In this document: one piece after another, positions 36,208 to 47,292 of the stretch
Layout of the letters: each line of letters starts with the position of its first letter
How positions within the stretch are numbered: the first letter of the stretch is position 1
NCBI GenBank assembly: GCA_963741945.1
Contig: CAVUKA010000005.1
Coordinates: forward strand, 224,001 to 288,000
Direction: 5' to 3'
DNA: 64,000 nt
Source: an uncultured Gemmatimonadales bacterium
GTDB lineage: Bacteria > Gemmatimonadota > Gemmatimonadetes > Longimicrobiales > RSA9
Position numbers and translations under genes: made by a program
The notes under the pieces: model-generated
Seen by the model: the letters and a program-made list of their open reading frames with translations, nothing else
What the model was told of the DNA's origin: nothing
The model's database searches: none

Positions 36208-38442
36208 TCACACTGCCAGCCTCCAGACCTGCGCCACCAGGAAACACACCACGAACCCCATGATGAGCGGCATGAACGTGGCCACGGCCGTCCACCTGGC
36301 GCTCCCCGTCTCACGGTAGATCGTGTAGATCGTGGTGGAGCACGGGTTGTGGAGGAGGCTGAAGAGCATCAGGCAGACGCCGGTCAGGATCGTCCAGCCA
36401 CCGGCGTGGAGCAGGCCCCCGATGGCCATGCTCGAGCCGGGGTCGAACATCACGCCGGCCCCCTGCCCCGCCCCGGCGATTCCGGCCGTCATCACCGTGA
36501 GCATGAGCACGGTGGGGATCACGATCTCGTTCGCCGGGATCGCCACCACGTACGCCAGGAGCACGACGCCGTTTAGGCCGATGAGCACGCCGAGCGGGTG
36601 CAGCGCGCTGATGGCGTGCTCGGCCAGACTGCTGTCGCCCAGGTGGATATTGGCGATGAGCCAGATCGCGGCGCCGGCGGGCATGGCGAAGACCACGGCC
36701 CGCCAGAGCACGATCAGGGTCCGATCGATGATCGACCTGTAGAGTGTCTGCAGGATCCGCGGGGGCCGATAGGGCGGCAGCTCCAGGCTGAACGTGGTGG
36801 CCTCCCCGCGAAGCACCGTGTTGGACAGGAGCCAGGACGAGAAGAACATGAACATCACGCCCAGCAGCGCGATTCCCACAACCGCGCTGGCCGAGATGAT
36901 CCCCGCCCAGCCGGCGGGCGCGAGCGCCCCGATGAAGATGGTGGCGATCAGGATCTGCGTGGGCCAGCGGCCGTTGCACAGGGAGAAGTTGTTGGTGATG
37001 ATGGCGATCAGCCGCTCCCGGGGGCTATCGATGACCCGCGTGGCCACCACTCCGGCCGCGTTGCAGCCGAATCCCATGGCCATGGTGAGCGCCTGCTTCC
37101 CGTGCGCCCCCGCCTTCCGGAAGAGGGAATCCAGGTTGAACGCCACGCGAGGCAGGTAGCCGAAATCCTCCAGCAGCGTGAACAGCGGGAAGAAGATGGC
37201 CATGGGCGGAAGCATGACGCTGACCACCCACGCGGTGGAAAGGTAGACGCCGTCAATGAGAAATCCGGCGAGCCACCCGGGCGCGCCGACGCCCGACGCC
37301 AGGCCGTGGAGCCACGGCACCGCACTGTCGATGAGCACGCTCGCGAGGAACTGCGACGGCACGTTGGCCCCCGAGATCGTGATCCAGAACACGACGGCCA
37401 GGACCGCGAGCATGATGGGAAAGCCGAACAGACGGCTCGTGAGAATGGAGTCCAGCTTCCGGTCCAGCTCGAAGCCCGCCCGCTTGATCCCGCGGGTCTG
37501 CGCACCCCGCGCGATGCGCTCCGCCTGGCCGTAGAGCCGCTCCATCAGCGCGTCGTGGAAGTCGGGGCGCAGCTTCCAGCGCACTCGCGAGGCCGTGGTC
37601 AGAATCGCTTCGACGGCTGCGGGGTCCGGCGGGCTCCCCGGCCCGGCGTCGCCCGCATCGATTCCCCCGCCCAGCACACCGAGCTCGCCTGCCCGCACCG
37701 CGTCGCGCACGGCATCATCCGCGTTCAGCAGGCGCAGCGCCACCCAGCGCGCGTTGGCGACGCCCGGGTACGCGCGCTCGACGGCGGGAACCAGCTCGGC
37801 CACCGCTTCCTCCACTTCCGGCGCGTGCCGCGTCAGCCGGAACGGCGACGTGGTCCGGGCACCGGACGCCACCTCCTCGATCGCGCCCAGCAGCTCGTCC
37901 ATGCCCTGGTTCTTCCGGGCGACCGCCGCCACCACGGGGACGCCCAGCTCCTCTTCCAGGCGAACGGGATCGATCAGCATGCCATGACGCCTGGCCTCGT
38001 CCACCAGGTTCAGGCACACCACCACGCGCTCCGTGATCTCCAGGACCTGCAGCACCAGGTTCAGGTTGCGCTCGAGGTGCGTCGCGTCGACCACCACCAC
38101 CGTCACATCGGGGCGCCCGAACACGATGAAGTCCCGCGCCACCTCCTCATCCGTGCTGCCCGCCTGCAGCGAATAGGTCCCGGGCAGGTCCACCACCTTC
38201 ACGCGCTTCCCCCGGTGCGCGAACGCACCCTCCGCCCGCGCCACCGTCTTCCCCGGCCAGTTCCCCGTGTGCTGCCGCAGACCCGTCAACGCGTTGAAGA
38301 CCGTGGTCTTCCCCACGTTCGGATTCCCCGCCAGCGCCACCAGGTAATCCCAGCGGTCCGGGCTCAGCCCCAGGCGCACCAGCTGCTGGCGACGCTGCCC
38401 GTCGCCGACTCCCCCCGGCGCCCGCTCCACCCGCGTCGCCAT
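36208..38442 (-). CDS. feoB: Ferrous iron transport protein B
   Basis: [40 protein letters not shown]. Confidence 0.96.
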   Translation of the reverse strand: MATRVERAPGGVGDGQRRQQLVRLGLSPDRWDYLVALAGNPNVGKTTVFNALTGLRQHTGNWPGKTVARAEGAFAHRGKRVKVVDLPGTYSLQAGSTDEEVARDFIVFGRPDVTVVVVDATHLERNLNLVLQVLEITERVVVCLNLVDEARRHGMLIDPVRLEEELGVPVVAAVARKNQGMDELLGAIEEVASGARTTSPFRLTRHAPEVEEAVAELVPAVERAYPGVANARWVALRLLNADDAVRDAVRAGELGVLGGGIDAGDAGPGSPPDPAAVEAILTTASRVRWKLRPDFHDALMERLYGQAERIARGAQTRGIKRAGFELDRKLDSILTSRLFGFPIMLAVLAVVFWITISGANVPSQFLASVLIDSAVPWLHGLASGVGAPGWLAGFLIDGVYLSTAWVVSVMLPPMAIFFPLFTLLEDFGYLPRVAFNLDSLFRKAGAHGKQALTMAMGFGCNAAGVVATRVIDSPRERLIAIITNNFSLCNGRWPTQILIATIFIGALAPAGWAGIISASAVVGIALLGVMFMFFSSWLLSNTVLRGEATTFSLELPPYRPPRILQTLYRSIIDRTLIVLWRAVVFAMPAGAAIWLIANIHLGDSSLAEHAISALHPLGVLIGLNGVVLLAYVVAIPANEIVIPTVLMLTVMTAGIAGAGQGAGVMFDPGSSMAIGGLLHAGGWTILTGVCLMLFSLLHNPCSTTIYTIYRETGSARWTAVATFMPLIMGFVVCFLVAQVWRLAV

Positions 38443-39512
38443 CAGCTCGCTTCCTCCAGCTCCGCCGCCTCAGACGGCTCCGCCCGCGTCACGCCGATCA
38501 GCCGCGCCTGCTCCCGCCGCAGCGCGATCAGCGCCCCCCGGACCCGGTACGCCACCGGGTCGCCCGACGTGCTCACCAGCTCCGGGACCACCAGCGTCCC
38601 GGGGACCACCCCGAGATCCAGCAGCCGCCGGCGCTGCGGGCCCTGGCACGAAGGCGAGATCCCCGTCACGCGCACGCTCTCGCCCGGCTCCGCGTCCGCC
38701 AGCGTCGCGCCCCCCGACGGCGCTCCCGCCCCGGGCGGGAGCGGCACCACCGTCACGTTCGCCGCATCCACGGCGCGGAGCTCCAGATCACTTCCGTTGG
38801 CCCGGACCGATACGGCGCCAACCTCGCCGCGCCCGCCCGTCGCCCGCAGAACCTCGATGGCCGTACCCGGCGCCAGCCCCGCTCCGGCCAGCCGCGCATA
38901 GATCTCCGGCGGCTCGTCCTCGATGTGTCGGATCACCACCGCCTGCCCCTCTTCCACCCGCGTCAACGGCATCCCCTCCGGCGCCGGGATCTCGCCGGCC
39001 GCCGTCGGGATCGGGTCCCCGTGCGGATCGTACCTCGGATGACCGAGTCGCGAAGCGAGCTGCTCCGCCTCCGCCTCCGTCAGCACGTGCTCCACCCGCT
39101 CCGCTTCCGTGTGCCACTCCCCCGGCGGCACTCCCGTCCGGTCCGCCAGGTACCGCTCCCAGAGACGGTGCGTCCGCACGATCCGCAGCGCGTACACCCG
39201 CCCATCCTCCGTCAGCCCGAACCCGGATGCCCGCGACTCCGCCAGTCCATGCTCGGCCAGCCGCGTCAGCACGTCCGATCCGTCGCCCCGCGTCACCTCC
39301 AGACGTCCCGCCAGATTCTCCAGCGTGCACGCACGTCCGCTCCGCTCGCATTCCAGCAGATGCTTCAGCGCGTCCTCCAGCCGCACCCGCTCGCTCTCGC
39401 GTCGCATGCGCGACAGCCGTGGCACCATCCCCGACCGCGGCCAGAACGCCACGGCCAGCAGCACCACCACGACTGCGAATATGATCAGGCTCAACCCCGG
39501 ATCTGGCGTCAC
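38442..39512 (-). CDS. N-terminal TM + DtxR/MntR metalloregulator + two FeoA (SH3) domains
   Basis: GGAGG RBS and [55 protein letters not shown]. Confidence 0.88.
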   Translation of the reverse strand: MTPDPGLSLIIFAVVVVLLAVAFWPRSGMVPRLSRMRRESERVRLEDALKHLLECERSGRACTLENLAGRLEVTRGDGSDVLTRLAEHGLAESRASGFGLTEDGRVYALRIVRTHRLWERYLADRTGVPPGEWHTEAERVEHVLTEAEAEQLASRLGHPRYDPHGDPIPTAAGEIPAPEGMPLTRVEEGQAVVIRHIEDEPPEIYARLAGAGLAPGTAIEVLRATGGRGEVGAVSVRANGSDLELRAVDAANVTVVPLPPGAGAPSGGATLADAEPGESVRVTGISPSCQGPQRRRLLDLGVVPGTLVVPELVSTSGDPVAYRVRGALIALRREQARLIGVTRAEPSEAAELEEAS

Positions 39513-39525
39513 GCGCCCTCCATTT

Positions 39526-39539
39526 TTAGGCAAGCCTAA
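39526..39539. promoter_or_regulatory. DtxR/MntR-family operator
   Basis: Palindrome TTAGGC-AA-GCCTAA just upstream of the regulator RBS; matches the TTAGG...CCTAA family consensus. Confidence 0.8.
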
Positions 39540-39720
39540 CATATTCAGGACATTCAGGTCCGTCAACCCCCCGCAGCAGCCCGCGGAGGCGGGGATGGGC
39601 GGACCGGGGCGTCGCAGGCGGCGGGGCTCGACGCGCCATTGACCGTGCGGCGGCCTGTTCTTGCCGATACCTTGCGAGCGGAGCGCAGAGTGAACCGCGG
39701 GATCATCGGCTGGAGGGCGC

Positions 39721-41976
39721 ATGGTGAGGAGAACGAGTCTGGCGCTGGGACTGGGACTGCTGCTGGTGGCGGGCGGTGTGCGGGCGCAGGAGCAGGAGCG
39801 GATCGGGAGCGTGCGGGAAGCACTGATGATCTCGAGCCGGCTGTCGGGCGCCGGCGGTCCGCAGAGCCTGAACTGGATCGACAGCGGGAATCGGTTCGTG
39901 TTCGCGCGGCGGGGGCAGGCGCCGACGCCCGAGGTGCGGGTGTACGATCCGAAGTCACTGACGGACCAGGAGCTGTTCGACCCGCGGAAGCTGACGCTGC
40001 CGGGCACGGCGGAGCCCATCAGCTATCGCAGCTTCCAGATCTCGCAGGATTCGAGGCACCTGGTGTTCCAGGTCAACTTCCGGCCGATCTACCGGCGTTC
40101 CGGGCTGGCGGACTTCTACCTCTACACGCTGTCGGACGGAACGCTGCAGCTGGGGGTGAAGGACGCGCGGACGGCGGACCTGTCGCCGGACGGGAAGCTG
40201 CTGGGGTTCGAGCGTGGGGGGAACATCTACGTGCGGAACCTGGCGAAGGACACGTCGGAGCAGCTCACCGACGTGGACGGGGACAGCATCTTCAATGGCG
40301 TGTTCGACTGGGTGTACGAGGAGGAGTTCGGGTTCGCGCAGGCGTGGAAGTGGAGTCCGGACAGCAAGCGGATCGCGTTCTGGCAGACGGACGAGCGCGG
40401 CGTTCCGGTGATCCAGCTGACGGACTGGTCGGGTGAGTACCCGAGCTGGTTCAAGATCAACTACCCGAAAGTGGGCGCGCACAACCCGCAGGTGAAGATC
40501 GGGGTGCTGGACGTGGCCACGGGCGAGCAGCGGTGGATGGACGTGGGGGTGCCGGAGGAGCATTACATCCCCCGGATCTACTGGACGAGCGACCCCAACA
40601 CGCTGGCCGTGGTCGTGCTCAACCGCGCGCAGAACCACCTGCAGCTCTTCTTCTTCGACGTGCGCACGGGCGCGAAGCGCCTGGTGATGGAGGAGCGCTC
40701 CGACGCGTGGATCGACGTGTACGACTTCTTCGCCCAGGTGGACGACTACTTCTACTTCCCCGAGGGCGTCCGCGAGTTCTTCTGGGTGAGCGACCGCGAC
40801 GGCCACAACCACGTGTACCGCTACAGCTACGACGGAAGGCTGCTGAACCAGGTGACGAAGGGGAGCTGGGTGGTGACGCGCGTGGAGGGGATCGACGCGA
40901 AAGCGAAGACCATCTATTACACGTCCACGGAAGCGGGTCCGCTGCAGCGGCAGCTGTACGCCATCGGGTTCGACGGTCGAAACGCGCGCCGGATCACGAA
41001 GGCGGAGGGCACGCACAACGTCGACATGGGCCCGAACGCCGCCTATTTCGTGGACAGCTGGTCGAACACGAAGACGCCCCGGCAGATCGAGCTGTGGTCG
41101 GTGGCCGGCGGTGGGAAGATGCTGAAGAAGCTGGAGGACAACGCGGGTGTTCGGGAGTACGTGGCGTCGCATGCATACTCGCCGCTGGAGCTGTTCAGCT
41201 TCACCACCTCCGACGGCCAGCGGCTGGACGGCTCCATGATCAAGCCGCCGGACTTCGACCCGTCGAGGAAGTACCCGGTGCTGCTCTCCATCTACGGCGG
41301 GCCGGGCTCGCAGGAGGTCTACAACGCGTGGACCAGCAACGGCTGGCAGCAGTACCTGGCGCAGCACGGCTACATCGTGGTGGGTCTGAACAACCGCGGG
41401 TCCGGCAACTACGGCCGTGACTTCATGGAGATCGTCTACGGCGAGCTCGGGAAGTGGGAGGCGAAGGACTTCGCCGAGGTGGGCCGCTGGCTCGCGTCGC
41501 AGCCGTACGTGGACGGCGGCCGGATGGCGATCCAGGGGACGAGCTACGGCGGCTTCATGACCCTGGCCACGCTGCTGCGCCACCCGGACGTGTTCACCCT
41601 CGGGCTGTCCAACTCCCCCGTCACCGACTGGCGGCTGTACGACTCCATCTACACGGAGCGCTACATGGGGCTGCTGGCGCAGAACGAGGATGGCTACGAG
41701 CGCACGTCGCTCATCCCGCGCGCCGACCAGCTCCAGGCCCACCTGCTCCTGGTGCACTCCGGGATGGACGAGAACGTGCACCCGCAGAACACCATGCAGA
41801 TGCTGACCGCGCTCGCGAAGGCGGGCAAGGACACGGACCTGCGCTTCTTCCCGCCGGGCGCCCATGGCGCCGCGTTCGACCTGGCCAGCTACGTGACCAT
41901 GACCGAGGTGTACACGAACGAGCTGTGCGAGCACGTCGCGCTGAGCTGCGTCCCCGATGACCTGAACAAGGACTGA
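39721..41976 (+). CDS. Dipeptidyl peptidase IV (S9B)
   Basis: Signal peptide; DWVYEEE, YPK.G..NP, YGGPGSQ, G.SYGG, YDSIYTERYMG, D.NVH. Confidence 0.95.
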   Translation: MVRRTSLALGLGLLLVAGGVRAQEQERIGSVREALMISSRLSGAGGPQSLNWIDSGNRFVFARRGQAPTPEVRVYDPKSLTDQELFDPRKLTLPGTAEPISYRSFQISQDSRHLVFQVNFRPIYRRSGLADFYLYTLSDGTLQLGVKDARTADLSPDGKLLGFERGGNIYVRNLAKDTSEQLTDVDGDSIFNGVFDWVYEEEFGFAQAWKWSPDSKRIAFWQTDERGVPVIQLTDWSGEYPSWFKINYPKVGAHNPQVKIGVLDVATGEQRWMDVGVPEEHYIPRIYWTSDPNTLAVVVLNRAQNHLQLFFFDVRTGAKRLVMEERSDAWIDVYDFFAQVDDYFYFPEGVREFFWVSDRDGHNHVYRYSYDGRLLNQVTKGSWVVTRVEGIDAKAKTIYYTSTEAGPLQRQLYAIGFDGRNARRITKAEGTHNVDMGPNAAYFVDSWSNTKTPRQIELWSVAGGGKMLKKLEDNAGVREYVASHAYSPLELFSFTTSDGQRLDGSMIKPPDFDPSRKYPVLLSIYGGPGSQEVYNAWTSNGWQQYLAQHGYIVVGLNNRGSGNYGRDFMEIVYGELGKWEAKDFAEVGRWLASQPYVDGGRMAIQGTSYGGFMTLATLLRHPDVFTLGLSNSPVTDWRLYDSIYTERYMGLLAQNEDGYERTSLIPRADQLQAHLLLVHSGMDENVHPQNTMQMLTALAKAGKDTDLRFFPPGAHGAAFDLASYVTMTEVYTNELCEHVALSCVPDDLNKD

Positions 41977-41977
41977 G

Positions 41978-42268
41978 GCGCGGAGGATACGGAAGCCGCG
42001 GAGGCCCGCGGAGGATACGGAGGCGCGGAGAACAGCGTTTCACGCGGAGACGCGAAGATCGCGGCGGGGGCTGGGCGGGGTACCCGGCTGGGGCAGGGGA
42101 TCCGGGCCGTGGCAGCATACCCGGGCGAAACCGAAATTTCGTCGTGGCGTCATGGGCATGGGAGCGGACCTGCCCCGGCAGCCCGCGCCCCCCGACTTCG
42201 CGTTCTTCGCGTCTCCGCGTGACATTGAAGTCTTCGCGTCCTTCGCCACCTTCGCGTCCTTCGCGTGA
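41978..42268. repeat. REP/MITE-like element with a 19-bp inverted repeat and 9-nt periodic CGCG(G/A)AG tracts
   Basis: TCACGCGGAGACGCGAAGA (42040-58) with its exact reverse complement at 42204-22. Confidence 0.7.
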
Positions 42269-42314
42269 TGCGTGGCGACAAGGCGCGTGACCCCGCTGGA
42301 CCTGGAGGGCAACG

Positions 42315-44363
42315 ATGCCGGACTTCCAGAACATCTACAGCCACGGCTTCGTGCGGGCCGCGGTCTGCATTCCGCACGTGCGGATCGCCGACCCCGTGGC
42401 CAATGTCGAACGGACGCTGGCTCTGGCGCGCCGCGCCCATGACCTGCACGCCGGCATCGCCCTGTTCCCCGAGCTGGGGCTCACGGCGTACTCCAACGAC
42501 GACCTGTTCCAGCAGGACGCGTTGCTGGACGCAGCATTGGACGCCGCGGGCGAGCTCGTGGCCGCGAGCGCGGAGCTCCGCCCGATCCTGCTCGTGGGCG
42601 CCCCGCTCCGCTTCGAGGGGAAGCTGTTCAACTGCGCCCTGGTGGTGCACCGGGGCCGCCTGCTGGGGATCGTCCCGAAGACGTACATCCCGAACTACCG
42701 CGAGTTCTACGAGAAGCGGCAGTTCACGTCGGGCCGTGACGCCGTGGCGCGCGAGGTGCCGCTCCTCGGCCACCGCATCCCCTTCGGCCGTGACCTGATC
42801 TTCGACGCCGAGGACATCCCCGGCCTCTCGCTCCACGTGGAGATCTGCGAGGACCTGTGGGCGCCCGTGCCGCCCAGCACCTACGCATCGCTGGCGGGCG
42901 CCACGGTGATCGCGAACCTGTCGGCCAGCAACATCATCATCGGGAAGGCGAAGTACCGTAAGGACCTGTGCGCCGCGCAGTCCGGGAAATGCATCGCGGC
43001 CTACCTGTACGCCGCCGCGGGCCCCGGCGAGTCCACCACCGACCTGGCGTGGGACGGCCACGCACTCATCTACGAGAACAACGAGCTGCTGGCGGAGGGC
43101 GAGCGCTTCAGTGACGAGGAGCAGGTGGTCTTCGCCGACCTGGACCTGGAGCGGCTGGCGCAGGACCGCATGCGCATGACCACGTTCAATGACGCCGTGG
43201 GCGACCACCTCGAGGGCGTGCAGCGCATACGACGCGTCCCGTTCACCTTCGATCCGCCGTCCGGCGCCATCCCCCTCCACCGCCCGCTCGACCGCTTCCC
43301 CTACGTGCCCAGCGAAGCGCGGGAGCGCGACGCCCGCTGCTACGAAGCGTACAACATCCAGGTGCACGGGCTCATGCAGCGGCTGCGCGCCACCGGCATC
43401 GAGAAGGTGGTCATCGGCGTCTCGGGCGGGCTGGACTCCACGCAGGCGCTCATCGTCTGCGCCCGCGCCATGGACCGCCTGGGCCTCCCGCGCGAGAACA
43501 TCCTGGGCTACACCATGCCTGGCTTCGCCACCAGCGACATCACCAGGACGAACGCGTGGAAACTGATGCGCTCCCTCGGCGTGACGGCGGAGGAGATCGA
43601 CATCCGGCCGTCCGCACGGCAGATGCTTTCGGACCTGGGGCACCCCTTCGCCGACGGCGAGGAGGTCTACGACGTCACGTTCGAGAACGTGCAGGCGGGC
43701 GAGCGCACGTCGCACCTCTTCCGGCTGGCCAACCACCGCGGCGGGCTGGTCGTGGGCACCGGCGACCTGAGCGAGGCGGCGCTCGGCTGGACCACCTACG
43801 GGGTGGGCGACCAGATGTCGCACTACAACGTCAACGCGTCCGTCCCCAAGACGCTGATCCAGTACCTGATCCGCTGGGTGGCGGCATCGGGCCAGTTCGA
43901 CGACGATACCAGCGCCACCCTCGTCGCCATCCTCAACACCGAGATCTCCCCCGAGCTCGTCCCCGGCGCCGCCGAGGAGGACGGGCCGGCGCAGAGCACG
44001 GAAGAGCGCGTCGGGCCGTACGAGCTCCAGGACTTCCACCTCTACTTCGTCTCCCGCTACGGCTTCCGCCCCAGCAAGGTGGCCTTCCTCGCCCACGCGG
44101 CATGGGGGGACCGGGATCAGGGCGGCTGGCCGGACGGGATCCCGACCGAGAAGCGGAACGAATACGACCTCGCCACCATCAAGAAGTGGCTGGAGGTCTT
44201 CCTCCACCGCTTCTTCGAGACCAGCCAGTTCAAGCGGAGCGCCATGCCCAACGGCCCCAAGGTCGGATCCGGCGGATCGCTCTCCCCGCGCGGCGACTGG
44301 CGCGCCCCCAGCGACGCCTCCGCCCGCCCCTGGATCGAGGAGCTGCGTAGCAACGTGCCGTGA
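42315..44363 (+). CDS. nadE: Glutamine-dependent NAD+ synthetase
   Basis: Nitrilase domain [53 protein letters not shown]. Confidence 0.97.
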   Translation: MPDFQNIYSHGFVRAAVCIPHVRIADPVANVERTLALARRAHDLHAGIALFPELGLTAYSNDDLFQQDALLDAALDAAGELVAASAELRPILLVGAPLRFEGKLFNCALVVHRGRLLGIVPKTYIPNYREFYEKRQFTSGRDAVAREVPLLGHRIPFGRDLIFDAEDIPGLSLHVEICEDLWAPVPPSTYASLAGATVIANLSASNIIIGKAKYRKDLCAAQSGKCIAAYLYAAAGPGESTTDLAWDGHALIYENNELLAEGERFSDEEQVVFADLDLERLAQDRMRMTTFNDAVGDHLEGVQRIRRVPFTFDPPSGAIPLHRPLDRFPYVPSEARERDARCYEAYNIQVHGLMQRLRATGIEKVVIGVSGGLDSTQALIVCARAMDRLGLPRENILGYTMPGFATSDITRTNAWKLMRSLGVTAEEIDIRPSARQMLSDLGHPFADGEEVYDVTFENVQAGERTSHLFRLANHRGGLVVGTGDLSEAALGWTTYGVGDQMSHYNVNASVPKTLIQYLIRWVAASGQFDDDTSATLVAILNTEISPELVPGAAEEDGPAQSTEERVGPYELQDFHLYFVSRYGFRPSKVAFLAHAAWGDRDQGGWPDGIPTEKRNEYDLATIKKWLEVFLHRFFETSQFKRSAMPNGPKVGSGGSLSPRGDWRAPSDASARPWIEELRSNVP

Positions 44364-44371
44364 GCGCCCCG

Positions 44372-44598
44372 GCCGCGGAGGTAGCGGAGAACGCGGAGAA
44401 CGTCCACACCCTCTCACGCGGAGCCGCGAAGATCGCGGAGGGGCATTCCGGGCCAGGAAGCTTCCTCGCCCGGAAGCGAGCCGGGCACTACCATTATGTT
44501 CTTGCCCGGTCACCGCAGCGGCCGTAGCGGCCCGCGCAGCCCGATGAAGCCCTCCGCGTTCTCCGCGGCTTCGCGTGGAACGGTTTTTCTCCGCCCTC
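44372..44598. repeat. Second REP/MITE-like element of the same family
   Basis: TCACGCGGAGCCGCGAAGATCGCGG (44414-38) matches 42040-64 at 24/25; imperfect inverted partner at about 44552-44578. Confidence 0.65.
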
Positions 44599-46908
44599 TC
44601 AGCGCCCCCGCGTGGAAACCGCGGAGGTGGCGGGCCTCAGCAACGCGGTCGCCTCCTCGAGGGCCCCGGAGACCGCATCCAGCGACGCCCCGATCTTCAC
44701 CGCGTACGCCTCGGCCTCGTCGTAGTTCTTCTCCTCCATACCTTCGCGCACGCCGGGGAGCGTCTTGACGCCGTAGCCGGTGTAGAAGCCGGGGGCGTAG
44801 ATCATGTGCTTGAACCACGGGCGACGGGGGAGCCCCTCGTCGCGGGTCATGAGCCGCTCCGTCCGCATCAGCAACGCGTTCAGCTCCTGCACGTTCACGC
44901 GCCCGAGCGAAACCGCCCCGGACGCCGCGTCCGTCCCGGCAGCGGCGGCGGTGGCCTCGGCAAGCGCGCGGTCGTAGGCGTGGGCGGCGGTCTTCAGCCG
45001 GGCCACCGCGTTCTCCAGCGGCGCCACATTGATGTACGGCACCGGCGCCACGGAATCGGGCGCCACGTACGTCTTCGTGGGGTCGGCGGCCAGGGTGTAG
45101 GCGTTCATGGCGACGAGCCGGTTGCGGTGGCTCGCCTCCTCCCGCAGCCGGTCCGCCAGCTTGCCCACGTCGTCCAGGTAGTCGGCCACGTGGCCCGCGA
45201 AGTTGCCGAACCGGAAGGGGAGGACGGGGGCGTCGGCCAGGCGGAGCGTCGCCCGGCCGGCCACCTGCGCCAGCGCCACGCCGTACGCGAAGTCGGTGTC
45301 GCCGAAGCGGAGGAAGTGGTCGAAGGAGTCGTACTGCGAGTGGTACTGCCCGCCGCCGCCCTCGCCGCCGAACCCGATGTTCAGCGACGGCACGCCCAGG
45401 TGCTGGAGGAAGGGGGTGTAGTCGGAGCCGGAGCCGAGGGGTGAGATCGGGAGGTCCGCGGCGTCCAGGACTTTCGCGTCGCCCGACACGGCCATGCGCG
45501 CCCGCGCGCGGTCCCACGCGCTCACGCCGGTCTCCGGGTCGGTGACGTCCTTCCCCAGCTGGTTCGCGAACCGCTCCAGCGTGTGCGACCCGCCAATCCC
45601 CAGGAAGCCGCGGCCGTTGCCGTCGCTGTTGATGTAGGCGACGGCCTTCTCCCGCAGCTCCGCCGCGTGATCCTCCACCCACTCCGTCGACCCCAGCAGC
45701 CCCGGCTCCTCGCCGTCCCACGCCGCGTAGACGATGGTCCGCCTCGGCCGCCAGCCCGCCTTCGCCAGCGCCCCCACCGCCTTCGCCTCCTCCAGCATGG
45801 CCACCTGCCCGCTGATCGGGTCCGCCGCGCCCATGGCCCAGCCGTCGCGATGATTGCCGCGAACGACCCACTCGTCCGGGAACTCGCTCCCGGGAAGCAC
45901 CGCGATGACATCCTGCACCGGCTGCAGCGACCAGTCGAACGCCAGCTTCAGGTGCACCCTGGTCGGGCCGGGGCCGATGTGGTACGTGATCGGCAGCGCC
46001 CCGCGCCACGCCTCCGGCGCCACCGGCCCGGTCAGCGCTTCCAGCAGCGGCTTCGCGTCGCCCCACGAGATCGGCAGCACCGGGATCTTCATGATCACCG
46101 GCGACTCCGCCACCGAGTACCGCTCCGCCCCCTCCTTCGCGGCGACGCCGGGCGTCAGCGGGTCACCGGGGTAGCGCGGCATGTCCTCCACCGACCCGCG
46201 CTGCACCCCCTGCTCCGGACGGTACGGGCCCTCGGGGTACGCGTCGCCCTCGTAGTAGCCGTCGTCCCGCGGGTCGCTGTAGATCAGGCAGCCGATGGCA
46301 CCGTGCTCCGCCGCCACCTTCGGCTTGATCCCGCGCCACGACCCGCCGTAGCGCGCGATCACGATCTTCCCCTTCACGTCGATGCCCCGCCGCTCCAGCG
46401 CCTCATAGTCGTCCGGGATCCCGTAGTTCACGTAGACCAGCTCGCCCGTCACGTCGCCATCCGCCGAGTACGCGTTGTACGTCGGCAGCCGCCCGGCCAC
46501 GCCCGACGTCCGGTCACCCGCCACCGCCGGCTCCGCCAGCTTCGCCCGGTATCGCCTGGGCGACGTCATCTCCAGCAGCCGCTCCTTCGGCGTGGGGAAC
46601 AGCACCTGGTACTCGTCGATCCGCGTGTCGTAGCCCCAGGAGCGGAACAGGTCCGCGATGAACCGCGCGTTCTCACGGTCGCCCGGCGAGCCCACGTAGA
46701 ACGGCTTGTCCGTCAGCTCCTGCATCCAGCCGCGCAGGTCGGCCGCGTCGAGCAGCCCGTCGAACCGCTCCTCCAGCGCCCGCTGCGCCGCGCTCGTCTC
46801 CGCCGTGAAGCCCAGAAGGACCGGGTCGCCCGCCGGCTGCGGCGACGCAGCCAGGAATGCCAGGGGGAGGATGAAAAGGGCGAGAAACGCGATTGGACCG
46901 CGTCGCAT
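44599..46908 (-). CDS. M28 glutamate carboxypeptidase II-like (PA and TfR-dimerisation domains)
   Basis: Signal peptide; VYVNYG, GNHRDGW..GAADP.SG, WDGEE.GL.GSTEW, GSGSDY. Confidence 0.93.
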   Translation of the reverse strand: MRRGPIAFLALFILPLAFLAASPQPAGDPVLLGFTAETSAAQRALEERFDGLLDAADLRGWMQELTDKPFYVGSPGDRENARFIADLFRSWGYDTRIDEYQVLFPTPKERLLEMTSPRRYRAKLAEPAVAGDRTSGVAGRLPTYNAYSADGDVTGELVYVNYGIPDDYEALERRGIDVKGKIVIARYGGSWRGIKPKVAAEHGAIGCLIYSDPRDDGYYEGDAYPEGPYRPEQGVQRGSVEDMPRYPGDPLTPGVAAKEGAERYSVAESPVIMKIPVLPISWGDAKPLLEALTGPVAPEAWRGALPITYHIGPGPTRVHLKLAFDWSLQPVQDVIAVLPGSEFPDEWVVRGNHRDGWAMGAADPISGQVAMLEEAKAVGALAKAGWRPRRTIVYAAWDGEEPGLLGSTEWVEDHAAELREKAVAYINSDGNGRGFLGIGGSHTLERFANQLGKDVTDPETGVSAWDRARARMAVSGDAKVLDAADLPISPLGSGSDYTPFLQHLGVPSLNIGFGGEGGGGQYHSQYDSFDHFLRFGDTDFAYGVALAQVAGRATLRLADAPVLPFRFGNFAGHVADYLDDVGKLADRLREEASHRNRLVAMNAYTLAADPTKTYVAPDSVAPVPYINVAPLENAVARLKTAAHAYDRALAEATAAAAGTDAASGAVSLGRVNVQELNALLMRTERLMTRDEGLPRRPWFKHMIYAPGFYTGYGVKTLPGVREGMEEKNYDEAEAYAVKIGASLDAVSGALEEATALLRPATSAVSTRGR

Positions 46909-47199
46909 GGCAGGTCTCCGGATTCGGGGGTGGCTGTCGGTGTGGGATGCCCGTGAGAATGGCGCGAGCCGATCGTCCGGCGCAAGCGGACGGGAGTCAG
47001 GGGTCAGGGGTCAGGGGTCCCCCTCGGCGGCCGCGCCATCAACTCGACCGCTCGAGCGGCGTGAAGCGGGGTCATGGCACATCGAGCGCCGAATTCGCGC
47101 TCAACTCGGTATCCGCCGACGCGGTCGGACTCGACGCGGTCGACTTCATCACGCTTTCCGCCTGCAAGGTGACCGATGCGCCCGCGGCGACCCACGAAT

Positions 47200-47292
47200 G
47201 GTCGAGTTCACCGCCGCGGGGCCACCGCCGCGACCGGTCGAGTTCACCGCCGCGGGGCCACCGCCGCGACCGTGGGAGTTCACCGCCCCGGG
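47200..47292. repeat. 36-nt tandem repeat, about 2.5 copies
   Basis: GGTCGAGTTCACCGCCGCGGGGCCACCGCCGCGACC at 47200 and 47236, partial at 47272; abuts the stop of the next gene. Confidence 0.85.

Noticed and set aside
36598-38901. Long antisense ORFs (also 17807..19960, 27399..29444, 39955..41934, 42150..44513, 8436..10292)
   Set aside because: Shadows of well-supported genes on the opposite strand; no motifs
47200-47292. 36-nt repeats as a CRISPR array
   Set aside because: Units are head-to-tail with no spacers, and there are no cas genes in the window
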